Sequence record: DRR723986_8153
Reading direction: 5' to 3' (one strand)
DNA length: 50,401 nucleotides
Part shown: in pieces, positions 17,086 through 27,973 of the stretch
How the letters are laid out: each line of letters opens with the position of its first letter
Numbering within the stretch: position 1 is the stretch's first letter
Notes under the pieces: generated by a model
Told to the model about the DNA's origin: nothing
What the model saw: only the letters and a program-made list of their open reading frames with translations
Database searches by the model: none
Made by a program: the position numbers and the translations under genes

Positions 17086-18456
17086 ATGAATACCTCAATT
17101 AAGATCGCCTTTGTCATTCTGTTTCTTGTAGCATCCTGCTCTACTCTTACAGCTCAAAATTTTAAACCTTCAGAATTCCCTGACCGGATAATTCTGACTT
17201 GGTCAGACGACCCTATGTCCACCCAATCTGTTACGTGGAGAACTTCTTCTGATGTATCGGTTTCAAAAGCTCAGTTCATCTTAGCGCCGAATACCCCGAT
17301 TTATCTAGACAGTGTAGAGACTGTTATTGCAAGCACTGAATCTCTGGAGGTGGATAATGTAGCAGCAAACTACCATTCCGTAACGTTTCGCGACCTCAAT
17401 GCAGCAACAACTTATGCTTATCGCGTAGGAAATGAAGATACTTGGTCAGAGTGGTTTCAATTCACCACCGCACCAAAAAAAGGAACACCCTTTACTTTTG
17501 CCTACTTTGGCGATGCGCAAAACAACCTCAAATCTCAGTGGTCAAGAATTATTCGGCAGGCTTATTCCAACCTACCGAAAGCGGCATTTATGGTTCACGC
17601 TGGTGATCTAATCAATAGTACACAATCCGACTCCGAATGGGGTGAGTGGAACTATGCTGGGGGATTTATCAACGCGATGATTCCATCTGTCAGCACACCT
17701 GGTAACCATGAATACGACAGCGAAGAAGATGGGACTTTGGTCTTGGATTACCATTGGCAAAAGCAATTTACATTTCCTAGAAATGGCCCAAATGAGTTTT
17801 CGGAAACTGTTTATTACATAGATTATTCAGATTTGCGTTTGATTTCCCTGAACTCCCAGGAGATAGTACAGAACGAAAAATCTATGGAGACCCAAAAAGT
17901 CTGGTTAGAAAAAGTACTCGCTGAAAACACCCAAAAATGGACAATCATCACTTTTCATCATCCGATTTATTCCTCGGGAACTGGCCGTGACAACAAAGAA
18001 TTTAGAGAGGCTTTCAAGCCTATTTTTGACAAATACAAAGTGGATTTGGTGCTTCAGGGGCATGATCATTCTTACGGAAGAGGAAGAAATCTACCTTCTG
18101 GCGTGGCTAATCAAGATTCAGCTGCTCAAGGCCCTGTCTATGTAGTGTCAGTTAGTGGGCCTAAGATGTACAACCTCACTTTCGATAAGTGGATGGATCG
18201 GGCAGCTTCCAATACACAACTTTACCAACTGATCAGCATAGAAGGAGATCGATTAAGCTATGGGGCATACACAGCTACCGGAGATTTGTACGATGCATTT
18301 GACCTCATCAAAGATGGAGTTCAACCGAAACAATTCATTGATAGAGCTGATAAAGCAATCCAAGAAGCAATAGAGCTAACCCCTGGCTCGGATAAGAAAA
18401 TGACTCCTGAAGAAATGGCTGAGTACATGCGTACCTATAAAAAGGGAAATGAATAA
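17086..18456 (+). CDS. Exported purple acid phosphatase-family metallophosphoesterase
   Basis: N-terminal Ig/FN3-like domain (VTWRT); GDAQ, AGDL, GNHE, HHP and GHDHSY motifs. Confidence 0.9.
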   Translation: MNTSIKIAFVILFLVASCSTLTAQNFKPSEFPDRIILTWSDDPMSTQSVTWRTSSDVSVSKAQFILAPNTPIYLDSVETVIASTESLEVDNVAANYHSVTFRDLNAATTYAYRVGNEDTWSEWFQFTTAPKKGTPFTFAYFGDAQNNLKSQWSRIIRQAYSNLPKAAFMVHAGDLINSTQSDSEWGEWNYAGGFINAMIPSVSTPGNHEYDSEEDGTLVLDYHWQKQFTFPRNGPNEFSETVYYIDYSDLRLISLNSQEIVQNEKSMETQKVWLEKVLAENTQKWTIITFHHPIYSSGTGRDNKEFREAFKPIFDKYKVDLVLQGHDHSYGRGRNLPSGVANQDSAAQGPVYVVSVSGPKMYNLTFDKWMDRAASNTQLYQLISIEGDRLSYGAYTATGDLYDAFDLIKDGVQPKQFIDRADKAIQEAIELTPGSDKKMTPEEMAEYMRTYKKGNE

Positions 18457-18590
18457 ATTTGTGCAGGATACCATATCCTAACAAAACATAGAGCGGATAG
18501 GTTAAAAGTTAGGTAAACTGGCTTATTTATTGCCCAAATATAGCCTTAGGAACATCTACATTTACATCCATTATTTAAACGCTCAATTCC

Positions 18591-21500
18591 ATTAAACGCT
18601 TTTTAGCTAAATTTTTAAAGATTCTGGGTATAACTATTGCCACTCTTCTGGTGGTCGTAGGAGCCTTGATTCTTTTCATTCGCAGCCCATGGGGTCAGGG
18701 GATCATTGTGGACAAAGCAACTTCCTATGTTTCTGATAAAACAGGCACTGAAATATCAATAAAGCGGCTTTTCATCACATTCTCAGGAAATATCTATTTG
18801 GAAGATTTATACCTAGAAGACACCCAAGGTGACACGTTGCTCTATTCCAAAAATCTGGAAGCAGGAGTAGCTTTTGGCCCCCTACTTACCACAGGAAATA
18901 TTAGTGTAACGAAGTTGGAATGGGAAGGTCTAATAGCTAGAGTAAATCGAAGCGCAACCACTGAGAAATTCAATTTCGACTTTTTGATTGAGGCATTCGT
19001 TTCCCAAGATGCGGACTCCACTCAAACTGTGGCTGCCGACACTACTGTCTCCGACCCGCTATCTATTAAATTATCTCCAATAGCGCTTAGGGATTTCGAT
19101 ATTACTTATCTGGACGAAGTCATGGGGATTGATGCAGCTATAGTTTTGGGTGAACTGGATGTAGAAATACCTGGATTGGATTTGGAAAAGTATGAGTTTG
19201 ACATCAAAGAAGTATCCATCCAAGACACCAGAATCAAATACCATCAGACAAAGCCATTTCCCCCATCTAAAGAATCTACAGAGGAATCACCTCTTCCAAT
19301 TCTGAATTTGGATAAAATGAGGTTAACTAATGTGAGTGCAGATTATGTCAATGTACCCGATAGTCAGGAGGCCCAAGTCAAGATCGGTAACTTCTTGATA
19401 GAACTTCCGGAAGCGAACCTTCAAACTCAAACTATAAAGCTGAAAACTTTAGCATTAGAGAAGTCCAGTATTCTTTTCCATGATTTCTCGGTTGCTACGC
19501 AAAATGGGGGCAGCCCAGCAAGTCCTTCTGCTCCATTTGAATGGCCAGATTGGGTAGTGGAAGCTGATAAAATAGCTATTGACTCAACTGACATCGAATA
19601 TAAATCTGCAGACACCTCCATTAAACAAGGTGAATTCAATCCTGAAGCCATTGTGCTCAGCAACTTACTATTTGATGCTAAGGATATTTTCCTGAAAGAT
19701 GAAAAAGCAGGAATGAATCTTCAGGCGTTTCATTTTCAGGAAGGAAGTGGTTTTGACCTCAACGAATTTCAGTTTGACCTGAAAGCAGGAAATGAATCCG
19801 TACTGGTTAAAAACTTAATATTGGCAACCAATCGTAGTAAGCTCGATGCTGAATTCTCCTTGAAATATCCATCAATTCAAGCGTTCATCGATAATTATGA
19901 AAGTCTAAAGTTTGATATGGAGATCAACGAATCCAGACTGGATGTGCGAGACAGTTATTTCTTTGACCCTACTCTGGCACAGGACACGCTTATAAGAGAG
20001 CTCGCTAACAATCCGATTAGGTTGGATTTGATCGCGAGTGGAAGTTTCAATGCCATGGCTATCCCTAGCCTGAATGTTCAATGGGGAGAAAGCGATTTCT
20101 CTGCAAATGGAACAGTGGAAAGCCCATTGGATGTAGAAAAACTTTCCTTTGACTTTCCAGAAATCAACCTGCTCACCACTCGGGAAACTCTCCTGAAATT
20201 TATAAAAGAGGAAGATTATGGAATGAAATTCCCAGAGCAACTAGATTTAAAGGCCACTACCAGTGGAACGCTGGATGACCTGTTAGCAAAGCTGAATGTG
20301 GAGACTGACATGGGGAATATCCTTCTCGACGGCACCTACCAGGACAAGGATCAGCTGGCTTTCTCCGCAGATCTCATTGTTAATCAGCTCCAACTTGGAA
20401 ATCTTCTCAAGCAACCAGAGCTGGACACACTAACATTCGCAATCAATGCCCATGGCTCTGGTTCTAACCTAAATGAACTTAATGCAGAATTATCCTCCAC
20501 ATTTGAGCGCTTACGGCTGTATGGTTCGGATTACTCAGGACTGAATTTGACAGGCAAAGTAACTGATGGAAAAGGAAATTTACGGGCAAGCTTGGATTCA
20601 GAGTATTTGGATTTTGAGTTAGATTCTGAATTGACCCTAGATTCATCAAACTCAAAAATCGACTTGAAGCTGGATTTAGTTGGAGCCGACTTCTACGCAC
20701 TTGGCTTAACGGCAAAAAACTCCAGAGCTAGACTTAAACTAGATGCAAATTTTGAAGGAAATCTGGATGAATTTGACCTCAACGCCTTGGTACAAGAAGG
20801 CATATTATTATACGACGATAGAAACTACCCTATCGGTGAATTAACGCTAGCAGCAAATGTTCGCGAAGATTCCACCAGTTTAGATATCGCCAGTAAAATA
20901 TTGAATGGCTTTGTCCGAACAAACACTAACCCAAGTGAACTGGCTACTGCTCTTTCCGAACATTTCACCCAGTACATAGACAAAACCGACTCAGTGTATC
21001 AGACCGGTGATCGCAGTATTGTGATGAATATGGATATGAAGATTTCAGACGATCCATTGCTTACCGAAGTGCTGCTTCAAGGTATGGAGCAGTTTGATTC
21101 AGCTAGAATCCAAGCTAATTACATTCAGGACATTGATTCTCTCACAGCAGATATAGACTTCCCTTATATCAATTATTCAGGGACAGAAGTCGATAGTTTG
21201 GGGCTCAGAATCCGATCAAACAAAGAAATTCTAAGAATGTATGTAGGCTTTCAGGACTTAACATCCGGCCCACTCGCCATCGGTAAAACATACATGACCG
21301 GGCAACTAGCCGACTCCAGAATGTATTTTGATTTTCATTCTTATGAAGAAGAGACACGTACCTATCATATTTCTTCGGACATAGGCTTAAATGGAGACAC
21401 GCTGAGCTACCATGTATCATCCATAGACTTAATTCTGAAGGGGGATAAATGGACGGTCCCTGAAAAAAATCAGGTGAAATATTCAGGTGAAAGTCTAGAA

Positions 21501-23597
21501 TTCAAAGATTTCGTTTTCTCCAAAGGCAATCAGGAACTCTCTTTTGTAAATAATGTAGAAGGCTTTACAGACGAGAACATCGCGATGGTATTTAGAGATT
21601 TTAGACTTTCTACCATTACCAGTCTGCTGAATCCACAGGAAATCATCGCTGGAGGAAAAATGGATGGACGACTGGTGGTGGAGAATCCATTTGGAGCGAC
21701 AGGCCTGATGGGTGAGTTAAAAGTAGATAGTCTGAAAATCGTGAATGTACCGCTTGGCAATTTAAACCTTGAAGCTACTGCCAAAAGCTTAGGAAATTAT
21801 ATTCTAGAGCTTAATCTTAAAGATGGTGGCTTTGATTTAGACCTTAATGGAGATTTTGTGGCCAATGAAGCTGGGGGTGATTTTGACGTGAAACTCGAGC
21901 TGAATAAAATCGAAATGGATAAAATAGCCGCACTCTCACAAGACCAAATCCTAAATGCAGATGGCTTCCTCACTGGTACAATTACAGCTAATGGCACCAC
22001 TGCAGATCCAAAATACAAGGGTGAAATACAGTTCAATGAGACCTCTTTTGTCCCTGCTCAATTAAACACAACCTATATCCTTTCGAATGAAACGATCAAG
22101 GTGGATAATGCTGGAGTTTATTTCGATCAATTCACTATTCGAGACGTAGAAAGCAACACCTTTGAGATTGATGGGACAGTTGGTACAGAAAGCTATCTCA
22201 ACCCCACCTTTGACCTATCTCTTACAGCCAAAAATTTTATGGCGGTAAATTCCACCGACGAGGAAAATGATTTGATCTATGGTAAAGGAAGCATTGATGC
22301 AGATGTGAGAATACAAGGAGATCTGGTGCTGCCGATTGTGAAAGCTACCTTAAGCATTAAGGAAAGTACAGACTTGACCGTGATAATCCCAGAGTCTGAG
22401 CTAGATTTAGTAGAAAGACAAGGAGTAGTCTTGTTCGTAAACAAAGACAATCCTGATGATATATTGACCCGCCAGTCGGAGGAAACGACGAGTGCATTTG
22501 CAGGCTTTGACATTCAAGCAATCCTAAGAGCTGACCCAGATGCATTGTTCACGATTGTAATCGATCCTGCTACGGGGGACAATCTTCAGATCGCAGGGGA
22601 TGCCGATCTACAAATGGACATCAATCCTAATGGAAGAATTACACTAAGTGGTAACTACGAAATCTCAGACGGGCATTATGAAATGTCTCTTTATAATCTC
22701 GTAAGTAGGAAATTTGACATAAATCCTGGAAGTAGAATATCATGGAATGGTGATCCGATGGACGCTAATCTGGACATCCGCGCTATCTATGAAGTAGAGA
22801 CTGCAGCTTCAGAACTGATGTCTGCTCAGCTTACTGGAAGCACTAATGAAACACAAACTCAGTATAAGCAACAGTTGCCCTTCTTGGTTTATCTGAATGT
22901 AAGTGGTGAATTGCTACGGCCTGAAATATCCTTCACACTTGATATGCCTGAAAATCAAAGAGGCGCTTTTGGAGGAAATGTCTACTCCCGCGTGCTACAA
23001 ATCAATGAGCAGGAAGATGAACTGAACAAACAAGTTTTCTCTTTACTTGTACTCAATAGATTTTTCCCTTCATCTGGTAGCGATGGATCCAATGGAGGAG
23101 CAGAAGCTATTGCGAGAAATTCAGTAAGTCAGGTGCTTTCGGACCAGATGAATGCACTTTCAAGCAAACTATTTGGTGATAGTGGGTTTCAAGTAGGATT
23201 CGATGTAGATAGCTACCAAGACTATCAGTCCGGCAGTGCGCAAAACAGAACTGACCTGAACATCAATGCCCAGCAGACTCTTTTTGATGACCGATTAGTC
23301 GTGCAGGTCGGGAGTCAGGTTGACTTGGAAGGAAGCTCTCAAAATTCCCAGCAAGCAAATTCAATTCTGGCAAACATAAGTTTTGAATACCTCCTCACCG
23401 AAGATGGGCGCTGGAGAATCCGTGCTTTTCGTAAGAATCAATTTGAAAGTATTATAGACGGTCAACTTGTAGTGACTGGTGGAGGATTAATTTTCAATCG
23501 GGAGTTCAATCAATTTTCAGAATTATGGAAAGATCCAGATCAAGACAAGGAAAACCGAGTTGATGAATTGGAGAAAAAAGAAGAAAATGAGGATTAA
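18591..23597 (+). CDS. tamB: Translocation and assembly module TamB (AsmA-like)
   Basis: ~1660 aa, N-terminal TM anchor, beta-rich, C-terminal DUF490-like region. The frame is open from 18579; probable ATT start at 18591 (first GTG at 18651). Confidence 0.88.
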   Translation: MKRFLAKFLKILGITIATLLVVVGALILFIRSPWGQGIIVDKATSYVSDKTGTEISIKRLFITFSGNIYLEDLYLEDTQGDTLLYSKNLEAGVAFGPLLTTGNISVTKLEWEGLIARVNRSATTEKFNFDFLIEAFVSQDADSTQTVAADTTVSDPLSIKLSPIALRDFDITYLDEVMGIDAAIVLGELDVEIPGLDLEKYEFDIKEVSIQDTRIKYHQTKPFPPSKESTEESPLPILNLDKMRLTNVSADYVNVPDSQEAQVKIGNFLIELPEANLQTQTIKLKTLALEKSSILFHDFSVATQNGGSPASPSAPFEWPDWVVEADKIAIDSTDIEYKSADTSIKQGEFNPEAIVLSNLLFDAKDIFLKDEKAGMNLQAFHFQEGSGFDLNEFQFDLKAGNESVLVKNLILATNRSKLDAEFSLKYPSIQAFIDNYESLKFDMEINESRLDVRDSYFFDPTLAQDTLIRELANNPIRLDLIASGSFNAMAIPSLNVQWGESDFSANGTVESPLDVEKLSFDFPEINLLTTRETLLKFIKEEDYGMKFPEQLDLKATTSGTLDDLLAKLNVETDMGNILLDGTYQDKDQLAFSADLIVNQLQLGNLLKQPELDTLTFAINAHGSGSNLNELNAELSSTFERLRLYGSDYSGLNLTGKVTDGKGNLRASLDSEYLDFELDSELTLDSSNSKIDLKLDLVGADFYALGLTAKNSRARLKLDANFEGNLDEFDLNALVQEGILLYDDRNYPIGELTLAANVREDSTSLDIASKILNGFVRTNTNPSELATALSEHFTQYIDKTDSVYQTGDRSIVMNMDMKISDDPLLTEVLLQGMEQFDSARIQANYIQDIDSLTADIDFPYINYSGTEVDSLGLRIRSNKEILRMYVGFQDLTSGPLAIGKTYMTGQLADSRMYFDFHSYEEETRTYHISSDIGLNGDTLSYHVSSIDLILKGDKWTVPEKNQVKYSGESLEFKDFVFSKGNQELSFVNNVEGFTDENIAMVFRDFRLSTITSLLNPQEIIAGGKMDGRLVVENPFGATGLMGELKVDSLKIVNVPLGNLNLEATAKSLGNYILELNLKDGGFDLDLNGDFVANEAGGDFDVKLELNKIEMDKIAALSQDQILNADGFLTGTITANGTTADPKYKGEIQFNETSFVPAQLNTTYILSNETIKVDNAGVYFDQFTIRDVESNTFEIDGTVGTESYLNPTFDLSLTAKNFMAVNSTDEENDLIYGKGSIDADVRIQGDLVLPIVKATLSIKESTDLTVIIPESELDLVERQGVVLFVNKDNPDDILTRQSEETTSAFAGFDIQAILRADPDALFTIVIDPATGDNLQIAGDADLQMDINPNGRITLSGNYEISDGHYEMSLYNLVSRKFDINPGSRISWNGDPMDANLDIRAIYEVETAASELMSAQLTGSTNETQTQYKQQLPFLVYLNVSGELLRPEISFTLDMPENQRGAFGGNVYSRVLQINEQEDELNKQVFSLLVLNRFFPSSGSDGSNGGAEAIARNSVSQVLSDQMNALSSKLFGDSGFQVGFDVDSYQDYQSGSAQNRTDLNINAQQTLFDDRLVVQVGSQVDLEGSSQNSQQANSILANISFEYLLTEDGRWRIRAFRKNQFESIIDGQLVVTGGGLIFNREFNQFSELWKDPDQDKENRVDELEKKEENED

Positions 23598-25884
23598 GAG
23601 ATTCATACCGGCTATCTATTTAATTACCCTTGCAACTGTAATTGGCTGCAGCGTGAAGAAGTATATACCAGAGGATGAATTCCTATACAAAGGCGCTGAA
23701 CTTAAACTCCAAACAGAAGTTGAGGGCATCAAAGGATTGGATGACATAGAGGAGGAACTGAATGGACTTCTCCGGCCTGAACCAAATACAAAATTCTTAG
23801 GAATGTACGTCGGTCTTTGGGCTTATTTTAAGGGAACTAAAGATAAGCCTGGATTCATCAATAGATTTTTGAATAAAAAAATAGGTGAAGAGCCTGTCTA
23901 TTTCAGCCAAGTTGCTCCAAGTCGAACGGAGGAACTCATCATTAATAGATTAGAAAACCGGGGCTTCTTTTACAGTACGACTAGCTCTGAAGTGACTCGA
24001 AAAGACATCTATGCCAAGGTTGACTACACGGCTACAATTTCGGAACCCTATAAACTCTCCGAGGTAGTCGTAGATAGAGATAGCCTGGAAGTGGAAAAAG
24101 AGATCATCGAACTGATGAAGGATACTAAGCTAGATTCTGGAAGCAGGTTTGATCTTAACATCTTGACCTTCGAGAGAAACAGAATTGATTCAGCGCTCAA
24201 AGAAAAGGGGTATTACAACTTTAACAGTGACTACCTCATTTTCGAAGCAGACACCAATATCTCTGATAGCGCTAGGATCTTCAAGCTTTATCTAAGACTA
24301 AAAAACAATGTACCATCCAAAGGCATTATTCCATACACCGTTGACACCATCAACGTTTTTCCAAATTATTCAATAGATGAAAATGAAACGAAAACTGATA
24401 CTGTTTCTCTAGCTGGCAAAAATTTTATCCAGAATGAAAAAGTCTTCAAACCAAAGCTTTTGAACGACTATATCCTGATCGAAAAGAATGAACGATATAA
24501 CCCAACCCTTTCCCGACTTTCAAGTAACAGGTTAAGCTCAATCGGTAATTATAAGTTTGTAAACCTACGCTATAAGGAGTTAGAAACTTCGGATTCACTT
24601 GGTCACCTAACTGCTAACTTCTATTTATCTCCGATGACCAAACGATCTGTGCGAGCAGAACTTTTGGCGGTATCCAAATCCAACAATTTTGCTGGGCCAG
24701 CATTGAATTTGGTTTATAGAAATAGGAATCTATTCAAGGGAGGAGAAACACTCAATTTGACTGGAAAAGTAGGATATGAATTTCAAATAGCGGGCGGTGA
24801 AAACCGGAAGGGACTTCAATCCTTAGAACTAGGTTTAGGGGCAGATTTGATCTTCCCTCGTGTCATCTTCTTTGTACCTATCAAGGAGAAGTTCAGTTAT
24901 TCAGTCCCGAAAACCAAAATGGGATTAAGTGCAGAATACCTAAGCCGTGGTGGACTTTATCGTCTTAATTCAATTTCGGCAAAATATGGCTATTTCTGGA
25001 ATGCAAACCAGTTTGCCTACCACGAGATCAATCCAATCAGTTTAAGTGTGGTAAACCTCAGCAAAACCTCTCCTGAATTTGAGCAGATTTTGGACGATAA
25101 CCCATTCTTGAGACGGAGTTTTGAGCAGAATTTTATTGCAGGAATCAATTACACTTTTAATTACAACAAGTTAAATGACAGATTTCGAACTCATGGTTAT
25201 TTCTTAGGAGTGGGGCTAGATTTTGCAGGAAACACGATCAATCTTATCAATAAAATTACAGGGAAAAATGACGGCAAATTCTTAGGACTCGAGTATGCTC
25301 AATATGGCAAAATGGATCTGGATCTGCGTTATCATTTGAATATAGACAAGAAGCAAACCATTGCAACCCGGCTTTTTGCTGGTTTCGGATTCCCTTTTGG
25401 CAATTCTCAATCCCTACCTTATATCAAGCAGTATTTCTCAGGCGGACCAAACAGCGTCAGAGCATTCAGAATCCGATCGATAGGACCAGGAACGTATAGA
25501 CCTGAAAACTTCGACGTCAATTCATTCTTCGATCAATCTGGAGATGTCCGCATTGAAGGTAATATCGAGTATAGATTCCCTATAGTCTCTTTGCTAAAAG
25601 GAGCGCTATTTATGGATGCAGGAAATATCTGGCTAATGAATGAAAACGAAGCCTTACCTGGTGGTAAATTCACATCTGATTGGTGGAACCAGTTAGCCGT
25701 AGGAACTGGATTTGGGCTACGTGTTGATATTGAGTTTTTTGTGATTCGCTTCGATTTGGCTACGCCTCTTCGCATTCCTTATTTGGAGGAAGGGGAGCGT
25801 TGGGGAAATAGCTTTGATGTAGGTAGCAAGACTTGGAGAAAGCAAAACCTGATCTTCAATTTTGCGATTGGCTATCCATTCTAA
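23587..25884 (+). CDS. Omp85-family TamA/BamA-like outer-membrane lipoprotein (TamL type)
   Basis: Lipobox VIGC, POTRA region, GGPNSVRAF lid motif, C-terminal AIGYPF; ATG 23587 overlaps the tamB end. Confidence 0.9.
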   Translation: MRIKRFIPAIYLITLATVIGCSVKKYIPEDEFLYKGAELKLQTEVEGIKGLDDIEEELNGLLRPEPNTKFLGMYVGLWAYFKGTKDKPGFINRFLNKKIGEEPVYFSQVAPSRTEELIINRLENRGFFYSTTSSEVTRKDIYAKVDYTATISEPYKLSEVVVDRDSLEVEKEIIELMKDTKLDSGSRFDLNILTFERNRIDSALKEKGYYNFNSDYLIFEADTNISDSARIFKLYLRLKNNVPSKGIIPYTVDTINVFPNYSIDENETKTDTVSLAGKNFIQNEKVFKPKLLNDYILIEKNERYNPTLSRLSSNRLSSIGNYKFVNLRYKELETSDSLGHLTANFYLSPMTKRSVRAELLAVSKSNNFAGPALNLVYRNRNLFKGGETLNLTGKVGYEFQIAGGENRKGLQSLELGLGADLIFPRVIFFVPIKEKFSYSVPKTKMGLSAEYLSRGGLYRLNSISAKYGYFWNANQFAYHEINPISLSVVNLSKTSPEFEQILDDNPFLRRSFEQNFIAGINYTFNYNKLNDRFRTHGYFLGVGLDFAGNTINLINKITGKNDGKFLGLEYAQYGKMDLDLRYHLNIDKKQTIATRLFAGFGFPFGNSQSLPYIKQYFSGGPNSVRAFRIRSIGPGTYRPENFDVNSFFDQSGDVRIEGNIEYRFPIVSLLKGALFMDAGNIWLMNENEALPGGKFTSDWWNQLAVGTGFGLRVDIEFFVIRFDLATPLRIPYLEEGERWGNSFDVGSKTWRKQNLIFNFAIGYPF

Positions 25885-25976
25885 ATCTCCTCTTCCATAA
25901 CTAAAGGCAACTTGAACTTTAAGTTTTCCAATTATCTATTATCTTAGGTAAACTCATAGTTACCTGACAAACCTTA

Positions 25977-27863
25977 ATGAAATTCCCTTCAATTTCTCAG
26001 CTGCAAAAAGATGGAACCCATGCTGCATTGCGCTTTCCTTTTAGTTTACTTTTTGGGATTCTGGCTGCTGGATTAAGCTGTTGGATGATTGAGGCAGATC
26101 CCATTGAAGATCTCAGAATGCTCAATCTTCTACTCACTTTTGCATTAGGGATTCCACTTTACTTCTGTATTGCTGTATTTGCAGAGCGGAAAAATTTCAC
26201 CTCTTTCCAAAAGCAGATTTCGTGGATAGTCGGCTTAGTCATTTTAGGCTTAATCTATTTCAGCTTCCCTTCGGAGGACACTTTCACTAATACCCGAGTA
26301 CCATACATCCGATATGCCATTTACAATCTGGCAATTCACTTAATGGTCGCCTTTCTACCCTATTTCGGATCTGATAATCAGGAGGGTTTTTGGAATTACA
26401 ACAAGAACTTGTTCATCCGGCTCGTCCTAGGAGTGTATTATTCACTGGTGATTTTTATTGGCATAAGCCTCGCACTTCTAGCTATAAACGCGCTTTTCGA
26501 CGCCAACATCCAAGGAAAAATATATGCCCAAATCTTTGCAATCACCTTTGGTGTATTCAATACTTGGTTTTTCTTAGCTGGCATTCCTAAGACTTTTGAA
26601 AGCGAACTTTCTTTGGAAGATTATCCCAAAGGGCTGAAGATTTTCACCCAGTTTATCCTGATACCGCTCCTGCTGGTTTATCTCTGCATCCTGTATTTCT
26701 ACGGGGCTAAAATCATCATAACAGGAGAATGGCCAAAAGGTATTGTGAGTTACATGATTATAGCCATTTCGGTCTTGGGAATTTTCACTAACCTCCTACT
26801 TTACCCTTACCAGCAGTGGAAAGAAAGTGGCTGGATCAAGAAGTTTCATCGGGGATATTATGTCTTCCTCATTCCATTAGTCATTCTACTTTTCTTAGCT
26901 ATTGGCATTCGTATCCAAGATTATGGCCTTACAGTAAATCGATATATAATCACCTTAATGGGGATTTGGCTGGCCTTTATTTCCATTTATTATTCTTTAG
27001 GCAAAAGAAATATCAAGACCATTCCGATATCCCTCGCCCTATTTATGATTCTGTCTTCGTTTGGTCCCTGGGGAATGTTCAGTCTGAGCGAGCTAATACA
27101 GAGAAAGCGTCTAATTTCCATTTTGACAGAAAACAACATCTTGGTAAATGAACAAATCAAAGGTGAAGTGAACTGGGAAATAGATCAAAAAGGGAAGCTA
27201 AAACCTATCGGTGAACTTCGCACGAAATCACTTCCAAAAGATGAATTGAATGAGGTAAATTCTATCCTTCAATATTTAGAAGATTATCACGGAATGGAAT
27301 CGATCTACCCGTGGTTTACACAAGATTTGAAAAGCCTGATGAGTGAGGCCAAAGAAAATCAACGTTCTCTTGTCTCAATAAGTCCAAGTAAAATCATCAT
27401 AGAATCAATGGGCCTGACTTATGTACCTTACTATGAAATGATGGCTGAGGTTAATGTTCTGAAGGACATGACCTTGGTAACAGACGGCAATTTTCAACTC
27501 GAAATCTCAGATTTTGATTACATCCGAAGTTTCAATAGTACCATTTGGAATCAAGAAGAAGAACTCCTTTTGGAAAAGAAGTACCTTTTAGAAATTGACG
27601 AGGAAAACAAATCAAATTTAACCCTGAAATGGACTGAAGGACAAAAAGTTATTGACCTTTCCATGGAGTTGAGGGATTACTTTAATTTATATGGAGGAGG
27701 CTATCACAACATGCCTTCAGAGGAATTGATTATTTCAAAAAAATATGACGACATGGAAATAATCCTACAGATCACATCATTGACACTAACAATTTCAGAA
27801 GAAACATTCCTACTTCAAAATCTAGACGGATTGCTTTTCATCAAGGAATTTCAAGAGGAATAG
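25977..27863 (+). CDS. DUF4153-type polytopic membrane protein
   Basis: About 11 TM helices with IRIQDYGLTVNRY motif, then a soluble C-terminal domain. Confidence 0.75.
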   Translation: MKFPSISQLQKDGTHAALRFPFSLLFGILAAGLSCWMIEADPIEDLRMLNLLLTFALGIPLYFCIAVFAERKNFTSFQKQISWIVGLVILGLIYFSFPSEDTFTNTRVPYIRYAIYNLAIHLMVAFLPYFGSDNQEGFWNYNKNLFIRLVLGVYYSLVIFIGISLALLAINALFDANIQGKIYAQIFAITFGVFNTWFFLAGIPKTFESELSLEDYPKGLKIFTQFILIPLLLVYLCILYFYGAKIIITGEWPKGIVSYMIIAISVLGIFTNLLLYPYQQWKESGWIKKFHRGYYVFLIPLVILLFLAIGIRIQDYGLTVNRYIITLMGIWLAFISIYYSLGKRNIKTIPISLALFMILSSFGPWGMFSLSELIQRKRLISILTENNILVNEQIKGEVNWEIDQKGKLKPIGELRTKSLPKDELNEVNSILQYLEDYHGMESIYPWFTQDLKSLMSEAKENQRSLVSISPSKIIIESMGLTYVPYYEMMAEVNVLKDMTLVTDGNFQLEISDFDYIRSFNSTIWNQEEELLLEKKYLLEIDEENKSNLTLKWTEGQKVIDLSMELRDYFNLYGGGYHNMPSEELIISKKYDDMEIILQITSLTLTISEETFLLQNLDGLLFIKEFQEE

Positions 27864-27973
27864 CTATCTCATCTTCCATTCTAGCGCCATTCTAAGTATA
27901 TTGATGAAATGGAAAACCAGCTAGGTTTTTCAACTCTTATTTTTCCAATACAACATAAATTCCAGTTAGAAAT

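Noticed and set aside
18651-27863. Short antisense or alternate-frame ORFs inside tamB, the TamA-like gene and the DUF4153 gene
   Set aside because: Fully nested in long genuine genes, with no protein-like features.
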